NCBI RefSeq assembly: GCF_035594765.1
Contig: NC_085842.1
Coordinates: 297,089,749-297,153,748 of the forward strand
Origin: Anolis carolinensis
Taxonomy: Eukaryota
Reading direction: 5' to 3'
DNA: 64,000 nucleotides
Numbering within the stretch: the first letter of the stretch is position 1; each line of letters starts with the position of its first letter. A program made the translations under genes and the position numbers. Positions 35,735-48,945 of the stretch are shown here, piece by piece. The notes below the pieces were generated by a model. The model did no database searches. It saw only the letters and a program-made list of their open reading frames with translations, and had not been told where the DNA came from.

Positions 35735-37941
35735 CAAGATATGAAAAAATGTTGACTGGGGTGCATCTACATTGCAGAATGAATGCAATTTGACACCATT
35801 TTATCTGACATAATGCAATTCTATGAGATCACAGGAGTAATAGTTTTACAGTATCTTTAGCTATCTATGCCAAAAGTGCTGGTGCTTTACCAAACTGCAA
35901 CTCCCATGATTCCATGGGATTGAGTCATGGCAGTTAAGTGGTGTTAAACTGCATTAAATCTTCAATGTAGATACTCTTGAGAGCGAGTTGGCATGTATAG
36001 TTAGTGCTTCTTCGTCTATCTAATATAAGGAGGTTTAAAGACCGCTACCAAACTTACTCGAGTCTAATGCGCACCTCAGTTTTCAAAACCCTGAAATCCA
36101 AAAAAGTATTTATCATATTACACGAATCTAATGGGCATCCTAATTTTGGGAAGGTCATTTGGTCAAAAAGGTGAGCATTAAAATGGAGTAAATACGGTAA
36201 TTAGCAAGCTCTGAATGTAGCTGGATAAACTGTGAACATTAATTATTCTCATCACAACAGTGTTTTAGAAATGTGCGTGTTGTATTGAGAAATAGATGCT
36301 CGTTCTGATGGCGGTTTAGCTGTAAGGAAATCAACTCAGAGCTCCACCTGCATCATTAACTATTCTTGTTCAAAACTAACAACACATGGTTTATTTCATA
36401 TCCTCATAGTCAACATCTGCATTTAATATATATATAAATTTAGCCTTGAGTACAGCATTCTGTAAACTCTAGCAGCTCTACTCTTTATTGATAGTGATTT
36501 TATATCACTACTTTACCCTTAAATATTTCATGCTATTTTTTAAAAATGTGTTTTCTATATGAGCAAAAGTAGTTTATGAGCAGCATCATGTTCTGCTTGT
36601 GTCAAAAAAGTACTATACAAGCACACTGAGGGACAAAGCAAATGTTCTGCAAATATGTATTAAAAGTGGGGTGTGTGCATGAGAGGTGTGGTCCCATCCT
36701 TATCAACATGCCAGGTAGGTAGGGGTTGTTTATATCTTTCCTTTTCAGCAGTCAAAAATCATTACACATCCACCCACAGGAAGAATGTAGAATGTGGGGG
36801 AATTCAGGATCCTCCCTCCTCCCATCCCCTTAATTAACACGACAGTAGGCTTTTAATCAGTAAGTCCTACTGGTAATAAAAACAATAAAAACATCCTGGA
36901 ACTAATGAGTACCATCAATGCAGCAGTCAGCTTAAGCAACACTTATCTTATTATTCAGTTTTGGTATAGATATATATACAGAATATGTTAGGTATGTGTA
37001 TGTATATACATAAATATTACAAGCCTAGTTCCTAGCATATTTTGTTTCCCACTTGAGGAGATTTCAGCATTCCTACCATTGTTGTGGAACTGGTCACCAT
37101 CACTTTGATCCTGCTGCCTCATTTTTCTACTTTTCAACTCTGATTCCAACTTACGTGTATATTTGCTGTAGTAAAATGGTAGTGCAAAGAGTTCACTCTC
37201 TACTATGTGGATCATCAGGATATTCCCAAATCTGAAATCCAAAACATTTCTGGTACCAAGCATTTCGGGTAAGGGATGCTCCATCTGTATTTTATTGAAA
37301 TTTCTGAACTAGAAAATGTTTCGAAATTCCTATTAAAGTAAATATGTTACCAACTAGGCATTTGGTATGACAGTTTTTCATTTTGAGGCCAGAGTTGGAA
37401 CATTTCTATTGACTCTCGGCTCCACCAAAAATTGCTCCAAATCTGAGTCCCTATCTCCAACTCCACAGCCCTGATTCCTATAACGTTGTTTTGATAGCAC
37501 AATAGAGTTTTGGCCAAGACTGCTTTCCTTTTAAAATGAAAATGTAACCACAAGTAAACTTTTAAATGCTTCAAATTGTCACCATCATTATATCATTTTT
37601 CTTCTGAAAATATTGCATTATTTTTCTGCTCTCTTATATGAATCTCCAAAGGAATGAAATTTAAGATAAGAAAGCCAGAGAATGTTAGTAAAACAAATGA
37701 TTCAAAGTTGCGGAGTCTACATTAATATACCCATTTAAAATAGAGTCCGATCAACAAAAGGAAAAATCAGGTCAACAGTCTTTGGGGAAAATAAATATAC
37801 ATATATTTTAAAAATAGGCATGATGACAGAACAGCAAGGTTTTAACCCATTGGTGTCAGAATGCCAAAAATATGGCAGCCAAACTCAAGGTGTATCTATC
37901 TACGCTGTAGAATTAATGCAACTTGAAACCATTTAACTGCC

Positions 37942-38048
37942 GGGTTGTTGTGTGTTTTCTGGGCTGTATGGCCATATTCCAGAAGTATTTTCTCCTGATG
38001 TTTCACCCACATCTATGGCAGACATCCTCAGAGGTTGTGAAGTATCTG
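37942..38048 (-). mobile_element. Penelope-like element terminal fragment carrying a minimal hammerhead ribozyme relic
   Basis: Minus strand CCT-CTGAGGA-TGTCTGCCATAGATGTGGGT-GAAA-CATC-AGG at 37994-38034; flanked by the 13-bp direct repeat CCATTTAACTGCC (37929-37941, 38049-38061); inserted in a MITE spanning about 37889-38226. Confidence 0.75.
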
Positions 38049-38233
38049 CCATTTAACTGCCTTTCCTCAGTGCTCTGGAAATATGGAAGTTGTAGTTTTA
38101 CAAGATATTTTGCCTTTTTCAAAAAATGCTGGTGCCTCACTAGACTATAGCTCCCATTATTTCATTGTATTGATCCATAGCCGTTTAAGTGGTGTCAGAC
38201 TGCACTAATTCTACGGTGTAGACTCAGTTCCTA

Positions 38234-38648
38234 CCGTGTTTCCCCGAAAATAAGATAGTGTCTTATATTAATTTTTGCTCCCAAAGATGCACTAGGTCTT
38301 ATTTTCAGGGGATGTCTTATTTTTCCATGAAGAATTCACATTTATTATTGAACAAAAAATGAACATTTATTATATACTGTGCAGTAGTTGTCATCACAAA
38401 CCAGCATAACCAGACAAACTGTGAATCCTATCAAGAATTTCTTGTTACTATCGTTATTTCCATGTACAACACTCTATGGTACGTACATTTACGGATCCTA
38501 CATGCTCTGGTGTTCTGTTTGGCGGGCATGCTTCCAAACAAAATCTTTACTAGGTCTTACTTTCAGGGGAGGCCTTATATTTAGCAATTCAGCAAAACCT
38601 TTACTAGGTCTTATTTTCTGGGGATGTCTTATTTTAGGGGAAACAGGG
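38234..38648. mobile_element. Tc1/mariner (pogo-like) MITE
   Basis: TA-flanked TIRs CCGTGTTTCCCCGAAAATAAG / CTTATTTTAGGGGAAACAGGG; internal repeats CTAGGTCTTATTTTCAGGGG. Confidence 0.85.
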
Positions 38649-39191
38649 TAGTTCCTCAGGTGAGAGCATTCCAAAACAGGCATGACTAAATTAAAAGGGC
38701 CAACCCTTGACCCTACCCAATGATGGTGTAGTGAGACATGGAACAAAGTAATGATCTTACCAGGTAAGAAGTTGCATGCAATGAAGGCCAAAGCATTTTA
38801 GGACTTCAATGATCCACATTTGAATTACAGCAATTATATTTTAAATCTTAGAGTATAGGATCCAGTGGTAGGCTTCCACAGGTAGAACAGAAAATTCCAG
38901 TGGAACCAGGAATGGTGTAAATCTTCCACTGCAGCTATCATAAACCCTTTAAAAGATAAGGGTAGATAGACCTTCAGAATTTATGTGAAGAGCATAGAGG
39001 GTTTTTAGGAGGGAAAGAACATTTTGACAATTCAATTGATGGTAGATTTAGGCCATAGTAAATCTTGCTGGCCTTGAAGAAGGCATCATTCTAATGTCTT
39101 CACATTCTTAGTGCAAGATACATCACCTAATGTTAAAGAGCCATTTTATACAAGCAAACATGTAGTAACTTGCTTTGTTATTTATTTGTAG

Positions 39192-39355
39192 CATCATTTT
39201 ATGGTGAAAGCTATGTGCAGCTAAATGTTGCTGAATCCTCCTCAACAACAGCACTGAAATTACGTTTTCTCACCAGTAAGCCAGATGGATTGCTTTTTCT
39301 GGCTGCAGGAAAAGAAGTTTTTTTTCTGGCGGAACTACGTTCTGGAAATGTACAG
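39192..39355 (+). CDS. CSPG4B: CSPG4B exon 2 (start of laminin G domain 1)
   Basis: TTTGTAG|; (A)SFYGESYVQL...LRFLTSKPDGLLFLAAG...ELRSGNVQ; |GTAAGC; 164 nt, phase 1-0; parallels CSPG4 ASFFGE...LLLLAAG...SGRLQ. Confidence 0.93.
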
Positions 39356-39439
39356 GTAAGCTTGGGAACATACAAAGCTACCACATATTGAAATGAATTG
39401 TAAGATTTACCTGCTTAACTCAGTACCGCATTCCAAAGC

Positions 39440-39677
39440 ATTTATTTATTTATTTATTTATTTATTTACAGCATTTATATCCCGCCCTTCTCACCCCGAA
39501 GGGGACTCAGGGCGGATCACATTAAACATATAGGTAAACATTCATTGCCTTTTAACATAGAACAAAGACAAGACAAACATGGCTCCGAGCGGGCCTCGAA
39601 CTCATGACCTCCTGGTCAGAGTGATTCATTGCAGTGATTTATTGCAGTTGCTCTCCAGCCTGCGCCACAGCCCGAGC
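39440..39677 (-). mobile_element. Anolis-type SINE2, short form
   Basis: Same head and tail as the copy at 5843-6056. Confidence 0.85.
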
Positions 39678-40811
39678 TGTGAAATGGTGAAATACAAAAT
39701 TAAAAGATGCAGAATTTTTTGAGTTTTACCAGTGCTAATGACATACGGTTGTAGCATGTCAATGACAGTGGCTGGATGACTTTATAATAAGACATGCATA
39801 AATTATAAAGACGCCAATGTTCAGTTAGTAGAGTTTTAGATTAGGTTATGAGATGTACAAAGTGTTTTAAGTGCATAGTAATCTAGTCACTTACTGGTAG
39901 TCTAAAACTGCTGTAAATGCAATTTGAACACCCTTTCTTTATTCTTTATATATTTATTTTTGATTGATATGAAATATTTATATCCTACCATTCTACCTTT
40001 TTAAATCAGTTGGTTTGATACCAACTGGCTCAAACCAAATGCTGAACTGGATGGATGATGGCTACTCCTAAGCTTGCTTGCTTTCCTTTCATCTCCTTTG
40101 TACACAGATAGAGAAGACTGAAAAATATCCCTTTTCTATTGAATAAACCAGATTTTTCCCATCATTGTTGTTGAGGCTAACTATGGTTAGTTCACAAACT
40201 AGGTGTTGAAACTATGGTTTGATCCAAAATTGTTTGAAATCACTAAGGTTAGCATATACAAATCATCTAGGTGTGTCCTGTCCAAGAAATGGCAGTGGGA
40301 GCTGTTGCAACAAGTTGCTAAATGCAGATATAATGGGAAAACGTAGTTTGGTCAAATGTGAGAGTGATGGGCAACTGGCAAAGGTCATCTATTTTCACAT
40401 GCAACCAAAGTGTGTGGAGGGCGTTCCAATTGCTATTTTGCCAAGAATACTCTCAAAAGCCTCTGGAAAGTTGATTTTTCTATTGTGTTTAAACTCCTCT
40501 TTACCTCATCTCCCTACACCAGTTCCAAGGGGTCTTAATTCCAGTCTAATATTCTTGCTCTTTGAATGACAGCATCTCTCTGGATATATTCTAGGGTTAG
40601 AGGGCCTGCCCAGTGAGTGGTGGTGGGCTTGTTGCTTGGCAGAAAGTCCCTTTTAGAGCTAGAAACATGGGAATAGGAGCAAAAGGCTCATAGAGGAGAT
40701 ACACAAGCTAAAGTATACCATGGGTTTTTTGTCATAGTACTAAGCCATGGCCTTGCCTTTACATTTAAACTAGCCATGCATATTCCATTCAGTGTCACCC
40801 AGTCCTATATA

Positions 40812-41174
40812 CAGTAGGGTCTCTCTTATACAACATAAATGGGCCGACAGAACATTGGGTAAGCGCAAATGTTGGATAATGAGGAGGGATTAAGAAAAAG
40901 CCTATTAAACGTCAAATGACATTATTATTTTACAAATTAAGTACCAAAACATCATGTTTTACAACAAGTCTGCCACTTGTTCGGGAGTGGGGCAGCACTT
41001 GTGTTGTTTTTGGGAGTGTTGGCCAGCTGTGTGTTGCTGCCTAGGGAAACAGCTGTAGATCTGGGCAGGAGGCAGACTGCACTGGATAATACAGAATTTT
41101 GGGTAAGCGAAGGTTTTCATATATGCTGGTCATAGACTGCAATAAATTGCTGATACTGAAGTGAGACTCTACTG
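40812..41174. mobile_element. Tigger-like MITE with about 40 bp of foreign sequence near its right end
   Basis: TA-CAGTAGGGTCTC ... GTGAGACTCTACTG-TA. Confidence 0.8.
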
Positions 41175-41306
41175 TAGTTTGAATTTACGGTTGCTCCTGT
41201 TTCCAAATACAGTGGTTGTGGGGAAACGTTCTGTGTGTGCAATTAATTTAACTATCTTGTTATTAATTTATATCTTGCCTCATTTTTATTTAATCTCTTT
41301 TTGCAG

Positions 41307-44300
41307 GTCAGAATCAATGTTGGAGCAAACGAGCATGTTCTCATTCCCAAATGGAGTCCTCAAATGAATGATTTAGCGTGGCATCTTGTAGAAGTGCAAT
41401 CTGAAGGAGATACAATCTTGCTAGTTATCGACAAAAAGTATCAAGCTAGCACAAAATTGCCAGGAACTTTGCCTGAACTACACTTTGAACATGGTCTCTA
41501 TGTTGGTGGAAATGGAAACCTTGATATCCCTTACTTTGATGGTGCTCAAGCTAATTTTAGGGGATGTATTAATGATGTGATATTTAACAGCCATGACATC
41601 CTAATATCTCTGAGACCTTCTCCTAAATTTAAAAAAATTCATGAAGTGTCATTGAGCTGCAGCGATGAATTTTTTGCAAGTGAAGAGGAACCGATTAGTT
41701 TCTTTAGCTCAAAGTCATATGTTTCCTTTCCTTTGTGGGATGTCCAGGCAGGAGGAGTCCTGGAGTGTATGGTGCAAACCACAGCTCAGAGGGGCTTGTT
41801 GTTCTACAGTTCTGGTCCAGGGGGAGACTTTGTTGCAATGGAAATTGAAAACGGACTAATTAAAATTCATATAGCAAAGGGGAAGGACAGAATTCAGTTT
41901 TCTTCTCTTAGCCCAGTCAACGATAACCACTGGCACTCAGTCAAACTAAAAATTTCTGCAAAATATATTGAGCTTACACTAGAAAAGGAAACAGTTAAAA
42001 GACCTTTGCCCTCACAGAGTAAACTTCCAGTTCTGAAGGAGGCTTTTTATATAGGTGGAATAAATGATGTTGTCCGGGCAGAAGTGCTGAAACTGGGACT
42101 AGCCTCAGTTTCTGGGAGATATGCTCAAGGAGGATCATTCAGAGGTTGCTTGAAAGATTTGAAAATTGATTCACAAAGGAAGTCGTTGAAGAATGTTCTT
42201 GTTACTAAGGATATTTCAGTTGGATGCAAAAGAGAAGGTGACTTTACTACAAATCCTATTGTCGCACCTGTTGGAACAGCAGCTCCTGTTCCCGCCATTG
42301 TCTCTGCAGTTTCCAAATTCCACAAGAAAGAGAATCATGAGCATTTTTTGATTGTCAACAACTTGATTGTTCCTGAAGGTGGGCAAGCAGCTCTTGACTC
42401 TAAGCACATTAAAATCAATCTGGTATTCAAGAAACTAGGCATTCGCCAGTCACAAATTGTTTTTAAAATTAAAAATCAACCTTCCCATGGCCACTTGAGG
42501 TTGGATGTCGAACCAGAGCAGGAGGAGTCCACGTTTACCATGCTAGACTTGTGGCAAGGCAGAGTCCTGTATGTCCACGATGGCTCAGAGGAAAGCTATG
42601 ATTATTTCACCTTTTCTATTTCTACAAGCAGCAAAAAAGAGATGCCACCATATTTAAAAGGAAACAAGGATTACATGTTTACCATTACAGTAAAACCAAT
42701 AAATGATGCTCCTGTACTTATAGTCCCAAATGGGAATTTGTTATTTCTTTTAGAATACTCCAAGAAACGCTTGACTGTAGACACAATAGCTGTTTTAGAC
42801 AGTGACTCAAGTGCAGCAGATCTTAGTATTACGGTCCTTGGAAATTTGAATGCAGATGCAGGATTTCTAGAAAATTCCAAAAATCCTGGAAGTGCTATTA
42901 CTGATTTTTCTTACAGTGACTTACAAGATGGCAATATTTTCTTTGTCCATACAGAGGTTAAGAATTCCAGAATTGTTCTACGAGCAAGCGATGGGGAGAA
43001 AGTTAGCAATACAGTTGTGTTGCGGGTTGTAGCTATAGCCTTGGATTATAACTTAGTTAACAACACAGGAGTTGAGGTGCTTCAAGGAAATGTGGCCCTG
43101 ATCAGTCTCAATCATTTGGCCACTGAGATAAACGTTGTCCAACAAGAGTTGGAGATAAAATATGAAATCACAGAGCAACCCTGCTTTGGAGAAATCCAGA
43201 GGCGCCATAATGGTGGGGAATGGAAGAAGACAAACTCTTTTTCTCAACGCTCAATTGAACATGGCCGAGTAAGATATGCTTCTACCTTCAAAGCCATGCA
43301 GCTGGATAATGTCCTTGAGCACTTTAAATTTAAAGTTAGCATTGGCAGCACAATAAGTGAAGAGTTTGTGTTTCCTATCACTGTGAAATGGCTGAGGTAT
43401 AACTTCTTGAGACATGTACCATTAGAAATTGATAAATTAGAACGAAAATACCTGAACTCCAGTCATCTTCTTACTGTGATATCAGATGTTGAAGTACCAC
43501 AAAGTGAATTGTATTATAAGTTACAGTCCTTGCCTGAGAAAGGAAACATTCTCCTTAATAATGTCCCTTTAGAAATAAATTCAAGCTTTAGCCAGCAAAA
43601 CATTTCTGACAATAAAGTAGAATATCACTTGATCAGTAGACCTCATGGAGAAACCCAGGATTCATTTCAGTTTCTAATTTTTACAAAATATATGGTCTCA
43701 GATAGCTATGATTTCAAAATTAATGTTAAAACAGATCCATGGAGCATTCTGTTGACAAACACTGGTCTCACTATTATTGAGGGTGAAGGAAAACTGATAA
43801 CAGAATTGGAATTATTTGCACGAACTATTGATAATAAGACTTTCCAGTATAAAGTTACAAGAAGTCCTTCCCATGGAAAGTTGTCACTTATTAATTTTTC
43901 TGATTCTCCAGAAAGTAACAATAATCTTACTAGTTTCACAAACCAGGATATAATTGATAAGCGTCTTATGTATGTGCATGATGACTCTGAGACACAGTGT
44001 GATGAAATTGGTATCACAGCTACTGCCATACAATCTGGGGAATGGGTAAGCTCTGCCATAGGAACACAACCATCTTTATCAGCAGAGATCACATTTAACA
44101 TTTCTATCCAACTGAAAAATGATGAGAAACCAGTACGTGTAGTAGATAAGGTGTTTCATGTTGTTAAGAATGAAAGGAAATTGTTGACATTGGCTGATCT
44201 CTGTTACCATGACCCTGATATTGATTTTGATGATATGCAATTGTTGTATACTAGGCGTGGCATTCCAAATGGAGACTTGGTTCTTGTCAATGAAACCTCT

Positions 44301-44864
44301 CACAGACTGTATCAGTTCAAACAAGAAGACCTGGCACAAAAGCGAGTCCTGTTTGTACATCGTGGAGCAAACTATGGACGCTTTGTGCTTTTTGTCACTG
44401 ATGGGAAGCACTATACCTCATCATTGTTGGAAATAAGTGCTTCCGACCCTTACATCCATCTAGGAAACAAAACAGGATTATTGATTCAGAAAGGAAGAGT
44501 GGGAACAATCACTACAGCTAACTTGAGTGCTATCACAAACCAAGACATTAGAAGTGATCATGAAATTGCATTCAAGATTACTTCATCTCCAAAGTATGGA
44601 CAAGTCTTTGTAAATAATTTAACACTGAGCAAATTCACTCTGCATGATCTCAAAGTCGGACACGTGACTTACAGGCATGATGATAGTAACCATTTGGCTG
44701 ACATGTTTAATTTTACCGTTTATGCTAAAGGAGTCCAGCTGGATGCTGTAGTGAATGTTCGTATATTCTTGGAAAGTCATCAGCGTCCACCAGTGATTGT
44801 ACATAATGGCAGCCTGTTGGTTGAAGAAGGAAAACCAGTTAAAATCAGTAAAGGAAAATTGCTG
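41307..44864 (+). CDS. CSPG4B: CSPG4B exon 3 (3558 nt: LamG domains + CSPG/cadherin-like repeats)
   Basis: TTTTTGCAG|GTCAGA; 1186 open codons with LamG motifs (NDLAWH, LYVGG, FRGC, NDNHWH) and CSPG repeats (YVHDGSE, YVHDDSE, DGEKVS, FVTDGKH); CTG|GTAAGC; phase 0-0. Confidence 0.96.
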
Positions 44865-45794
44865 GTAAGCTGAAGTAGTCTAATAATTAACAATGCTGTA
44901 TTTTGAATATATTTTGTGTACTATAAACATATTCCCAGATCCACTCAGATGGATCCACACTTACTGAAATACTCCAAAGTAAACTGAGCTGAAGTTGCTC
45001 CAGATGTAGTACCGAGAGTCTGCATATACTATTGTGGACGCCTTTTTAGGAGTCCAGACAGCCGTCTGGGTCTACAGTACATCAGCACCAGTTCCCTCTT
45101 CTCCTGTGGGCCACTGCTGTCACATTTTTTTTCGTTGGCAGCATAATTTCTGCTGATGTCAAAACTGGGTGCCCAGACATGTGATCTCAAAAGTGATTTC
45201 ACTGGCAAGGTTCTGCCAGGAAACTGCCTGGAGTTGCTGCTGGCAGTAAGTAGTTTTGACGTGTGGACACAAATTGTCCTGGATCTGGCCCAATCCAGTT
45301 GTCCACACTTCAGCACATATCGGAGTGACTCCAGAGTTTCATGGTTCACTTTGGTCTGGTTTCTGCTGTGAAACCAACCCTACGTTTAGTTGCAAGGTGA
45401 CTCTACTTTATTTGTCCCTATGTGGACACAGCTATGTATTACCATGCTCTTTCGACAAGGATTTGGTACTAGAAGATGAGGGTTGAAATCCCCACTCAGC
45501 CATGCCATGGAGACCCACCAGTTGATGTTGGGCAAATTATCCTTTTCAGTGTCGGAGGAAGACAATGGCAAATGCCTTTTAAACAGATCTTTTTTAAAAA
45601 TCCCATGATAGGAAATGATCAGAAATGATGTGAAGGTACACAGCACAAAAAGTTATATCTACAATCACAAGTGTCACATCACTACTCTGTCACCGAATGA
45701 ATATTCCGCGCTTTATTTGTTAAGACTTAAATATGAAAATCTGCATCTAAAAGTCTGCTCATGTTTTTAATGGCTTGTGCATTTGCTTTTTAAG

Positions 45795-46265
45795 GTTGTA
45801 CATGAAAACAGTTTGCCATCAGAGATAGAGTTCAAAGTAACGTCACCTCCACTTTATGGGTATCTTCGAAGGTTTACATCAGAGGAAGCCTACTTCGAAC
45901 CAGAAGATAATCCAGTTTTGTCCTTTACCCAGCAAGATATCAATGATGGTAACATCCAGTATGTGCAGACCTCTTCTGATCAACATCAAGACCAGTTTTC
46001 CTTGGATGTGACCAACGGCATCCAGGCACTCAGTGGGATAAAAATCATGGTAGACATTATCCCAAAGCTCATCCCATTAGAAGTGTGTAACTTCACAGTT
46101 GCTGAAGGGGGATCGATAACTCTGGAGGAAACGTTTCTTAAAATTGCTAGTAGCCATTTTGAGAAGCTGAATTGTGAATTCAGTTTAATCGAGGGACCAA
46201 AATATGGGCACATTTCAATCTCTCACTTTCCTGGAGTGGCATTAACTAAATTTACAAGGAAACAG
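45795..46265 (+). CDS. CSPG4B: CSPG4B exon 4
   Basis: TTTTTAAG|VVHENS...PPLYGYL...FTQQDINDGNIQYVQ...FSLDVTNG...FTRKQ|GTAAGG; 471 nt, phase 0-0. Confidence 0.94.
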
Positions 46266-46345
46266 GTAAGGATATTACACACTGTATTCTGCATAGTAGT
46301 ATTTTGACTCTTAACTTAAATCAAATTACTGTTTGGAAATAATTA

Positions 46346-46671
46346 CAGTTGATTCTCTGGAATTGCAGGTTTGACTTTTGCAGATTTGATTATTTTTTTT
46401 ATTGAAATGTTTTTTCCCCCTCCAAAAGTTGACTACAGGGTTATGCTGAAGGACCTAAACCTGCCTAGAGAGAACACTTCTTGGAATTTCTAGGTCCTTC
46501 AGAGTCATACTAAGATAAACCTTTGGCAGACTTTGGCAGACATGCTGGAGGATCTGGAGATTCCTAGAGAAATGTTCTCTTGAGTTAAAAAAATGTTTTT
46601 TTTAATTTGTAGGTTTTTACTTTCATAGGGATCCTGTGCACCTAACCCTAGCAAATGTGGAGGGCTGAATG
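46346..46671. mobile_element. Tigger-like MITE in intron 4
   Basis: TA-CAGTTGATTCTC ... GGAGGGCTGAATG-TA imperfect TIRs. Confidence 0.55.
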
Positions 46672-46879
46672 TACATAATTTTTCCAGGATTCTTCTTATT
46701 ACATTGCTTCTGCTTATAAGATTCTCCTGTTTTAAAAATTGAAATTCTTTTCTGTAATTGTATGTAATAGTGCAAATGAAACAGGCCCAGAATGATATGT
46801 TGCAGAGTTGATATGGCTGTTGAATACCTTAATTTTTGGAACACTGTAAATTCTTAATTTGGCTACTCCCTTTTTTTAG

Positions 46880-47056
46880 GTGGAACAAGGATTAATCTTA
46901 TATATCCATGATAATAGTGAACAACATTTTGACAGTTTTACCATCTTAGCAAATTGCACAGAACTGTGGAAGCAAAGCCTGCCTCGAAAGATATATGTGG
47001 CTGTTACACTAGTAAATGATGAAGCTCCAATTATAAAGAGAAACAATATACTTCGG
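46880..47056 (+). CDS. CSPG4B: CSPG4B exon 5
   Basis: TTTTTTTAG|VEQGLILYIHDNSE...VNDEAPIIKRNNILR|GTAAGT; 177 nt, phase 0-0. Confidence 0.94.
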
Positions 47057-47320
47057 GTAAGTAATGCACATTTTCAGACTCTAAATTTTGTGATCTTCAT
47101 GTCTGTGGAATTCTTAGAGATAATATTCTATTCCTATTCCTATGGAAAAGACTGTATTGTCTATGGGTTTGTCCAGAGCCGGTCCAAGGTAATTTTCAAG
47201 TGTAGGCAAACAGAAATTTTGACGCCCTCCTCCCAAAAAAAACCCCAATCACTGAAAAATAAAAGTGTTGGATAAGCAAAAATGTTTGATAATAAGGAGG
47301 GATTAAGGGAAAGCCTAAAT

Positions 47321-47410
47321 AAACAACACTCTGAAAATGGGAAATCCAGACAGGAAACAATCAGGGCCAACTAACACCCCCCAACCAAGGATGCCCCCAG
47401 AGAGGAAGCC
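47321..47410. mobile_element. Penelope-like fragment
   Basis: AACAACACTCTGAAAA...TCCAGACAGGAAACAATCAGGGCCAACTAACAC resembles a recalled Anolis Penelope terminal-repeat sequence. Confidence 0.5.
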
Positions 47411-48680
47411 CCACTTGCCTTGCTTCCTAGACTTCCTACAGAGGAGGAGTTGGATGACCCAGTAGTCTGAATCAGTACAACTATTTCTGACAATGTATGT
47501 CAGATTTTCTCAAACTGACATTTTCCAGAAGTGCTGGACATTAATTACTGCCATCTCTGCCTTGCACATCCATTAGCAAGTGTAGATTCTATATCTTTGC
47601 TAAACTAAATAGTTGCATACAGGTGTTAAAACTTTAATCCTCGGGAAACTCTACTTATAAATGAAGGTACTAGGACTTATTTAACAATTTCCCTCCTTTC
47701 TCATAAATGGGGACAAAAGTGGCTCACCTATGAATTAAAACAAGCTCCATAAATTAAAAAGTAACAGTAGAAAATGAACATTCAATTAAATAAGTGTGTA
47801 TGCATTAAATTAATTCACCCAAGTTAGGTAAGATAAGCAATACTTACTTCACAGGCTTCCCAAAAACCATATTGTCTTCCTAGGCTCCTTTCTGCTGCAG
47901 GAGACAGGAGTTGCCTCGATGGCGCCCCCGACAACATGGCGCCACAGGCAAATGCCTAGTTTGCCTGGTGGTAGAACCGCCTCTGGGTTTGTCTACTTTG
48001 CATGAATATAACCTCTGTAAACTGATCTTCAGGAATTCAGACCAGTGCATGTGTATGCTTTTAATACAAAACCAGGACACAAGTTTGTTTGGAAGTATTA
48101 TTTTTAAATTACCATCAAATTATGATTATATAGTTACAGTAAATTATGCTATAAAACATGCTTTTACAACACAAATTGTTAATAATATAATGAATTAACA
48201 GAAGAATACTGTTTGCAGAACACAGTCTCTTACTTAGTTAAAGTGTGATTCCAGTCTTGAGCAGTCAAAATTGGTACCTCTTTAGATCTCAGTAAAATTA
48301 GTCTTCTATATTGCCATAAATTAGCAAAATTTGCTTATTTTTCCTGCTAAGGTCCATCTCGTATTACAGGAATATAACCACCAGAGGGCATGTGTTCATG
48401 TGTTTTGTAGAAACTTCTCCATTCACCCAAAATGATTCACATTGTTGTAGTCAATTTAATTGACTAGTAGAGAGGGAGAAATGCATCTAGCCTACACTGA
48501 AATCTTTGCAAAAACATAGATATGGAAACTAACACAACATAAGTTATCCAGTGGGATTTGGTTCCAGTATCCTCCAGAGATACTGAAATCTGTGGATACT
48601 CAAGTCCCGTTACATACAATGATATAGTTAATTGCTTATATAAAATGGTGAAAAGTTTGCTTTTTGAAATTTTAAAAATA

Positions 48681-48945
48681 CAGTAGAGTCTCACTTATCC
48701 AACATAAACGGGCCGGCAGAATGTTGGATAAGCGAATATGTTGGATAATAAGGAGGCATTAAGGAAAGGCCTATTAAACATCAAATTATGTTATGATTTT
48801 ACAAATTAAGCACCAAAACGTCATGTTATACAATAAATTTGACAGAAAAAGTAGTTCAATACGCAGTAATGCTATGTAGTAATTACTGTATTTACAAATT
48901 TAGCACCAAAATATCACAATATATTGAAAACATTGACTACAAAAT
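48681..48945. mobile_element. Tigger-like MITE, right end missing
   Basis: TA-CAGTAGAGTCTCACTTATCCAACATAAACGGGCCGGCAGAA...; internal sequence is the reverse complement of the 20205 copy. Confidence 0.8.

Noticed and set aside
42125-44804. Antisense ORFs within CSPG4B exon 3
   Set aside because: Short shadow ORFs of a long coding exon with no independent features.
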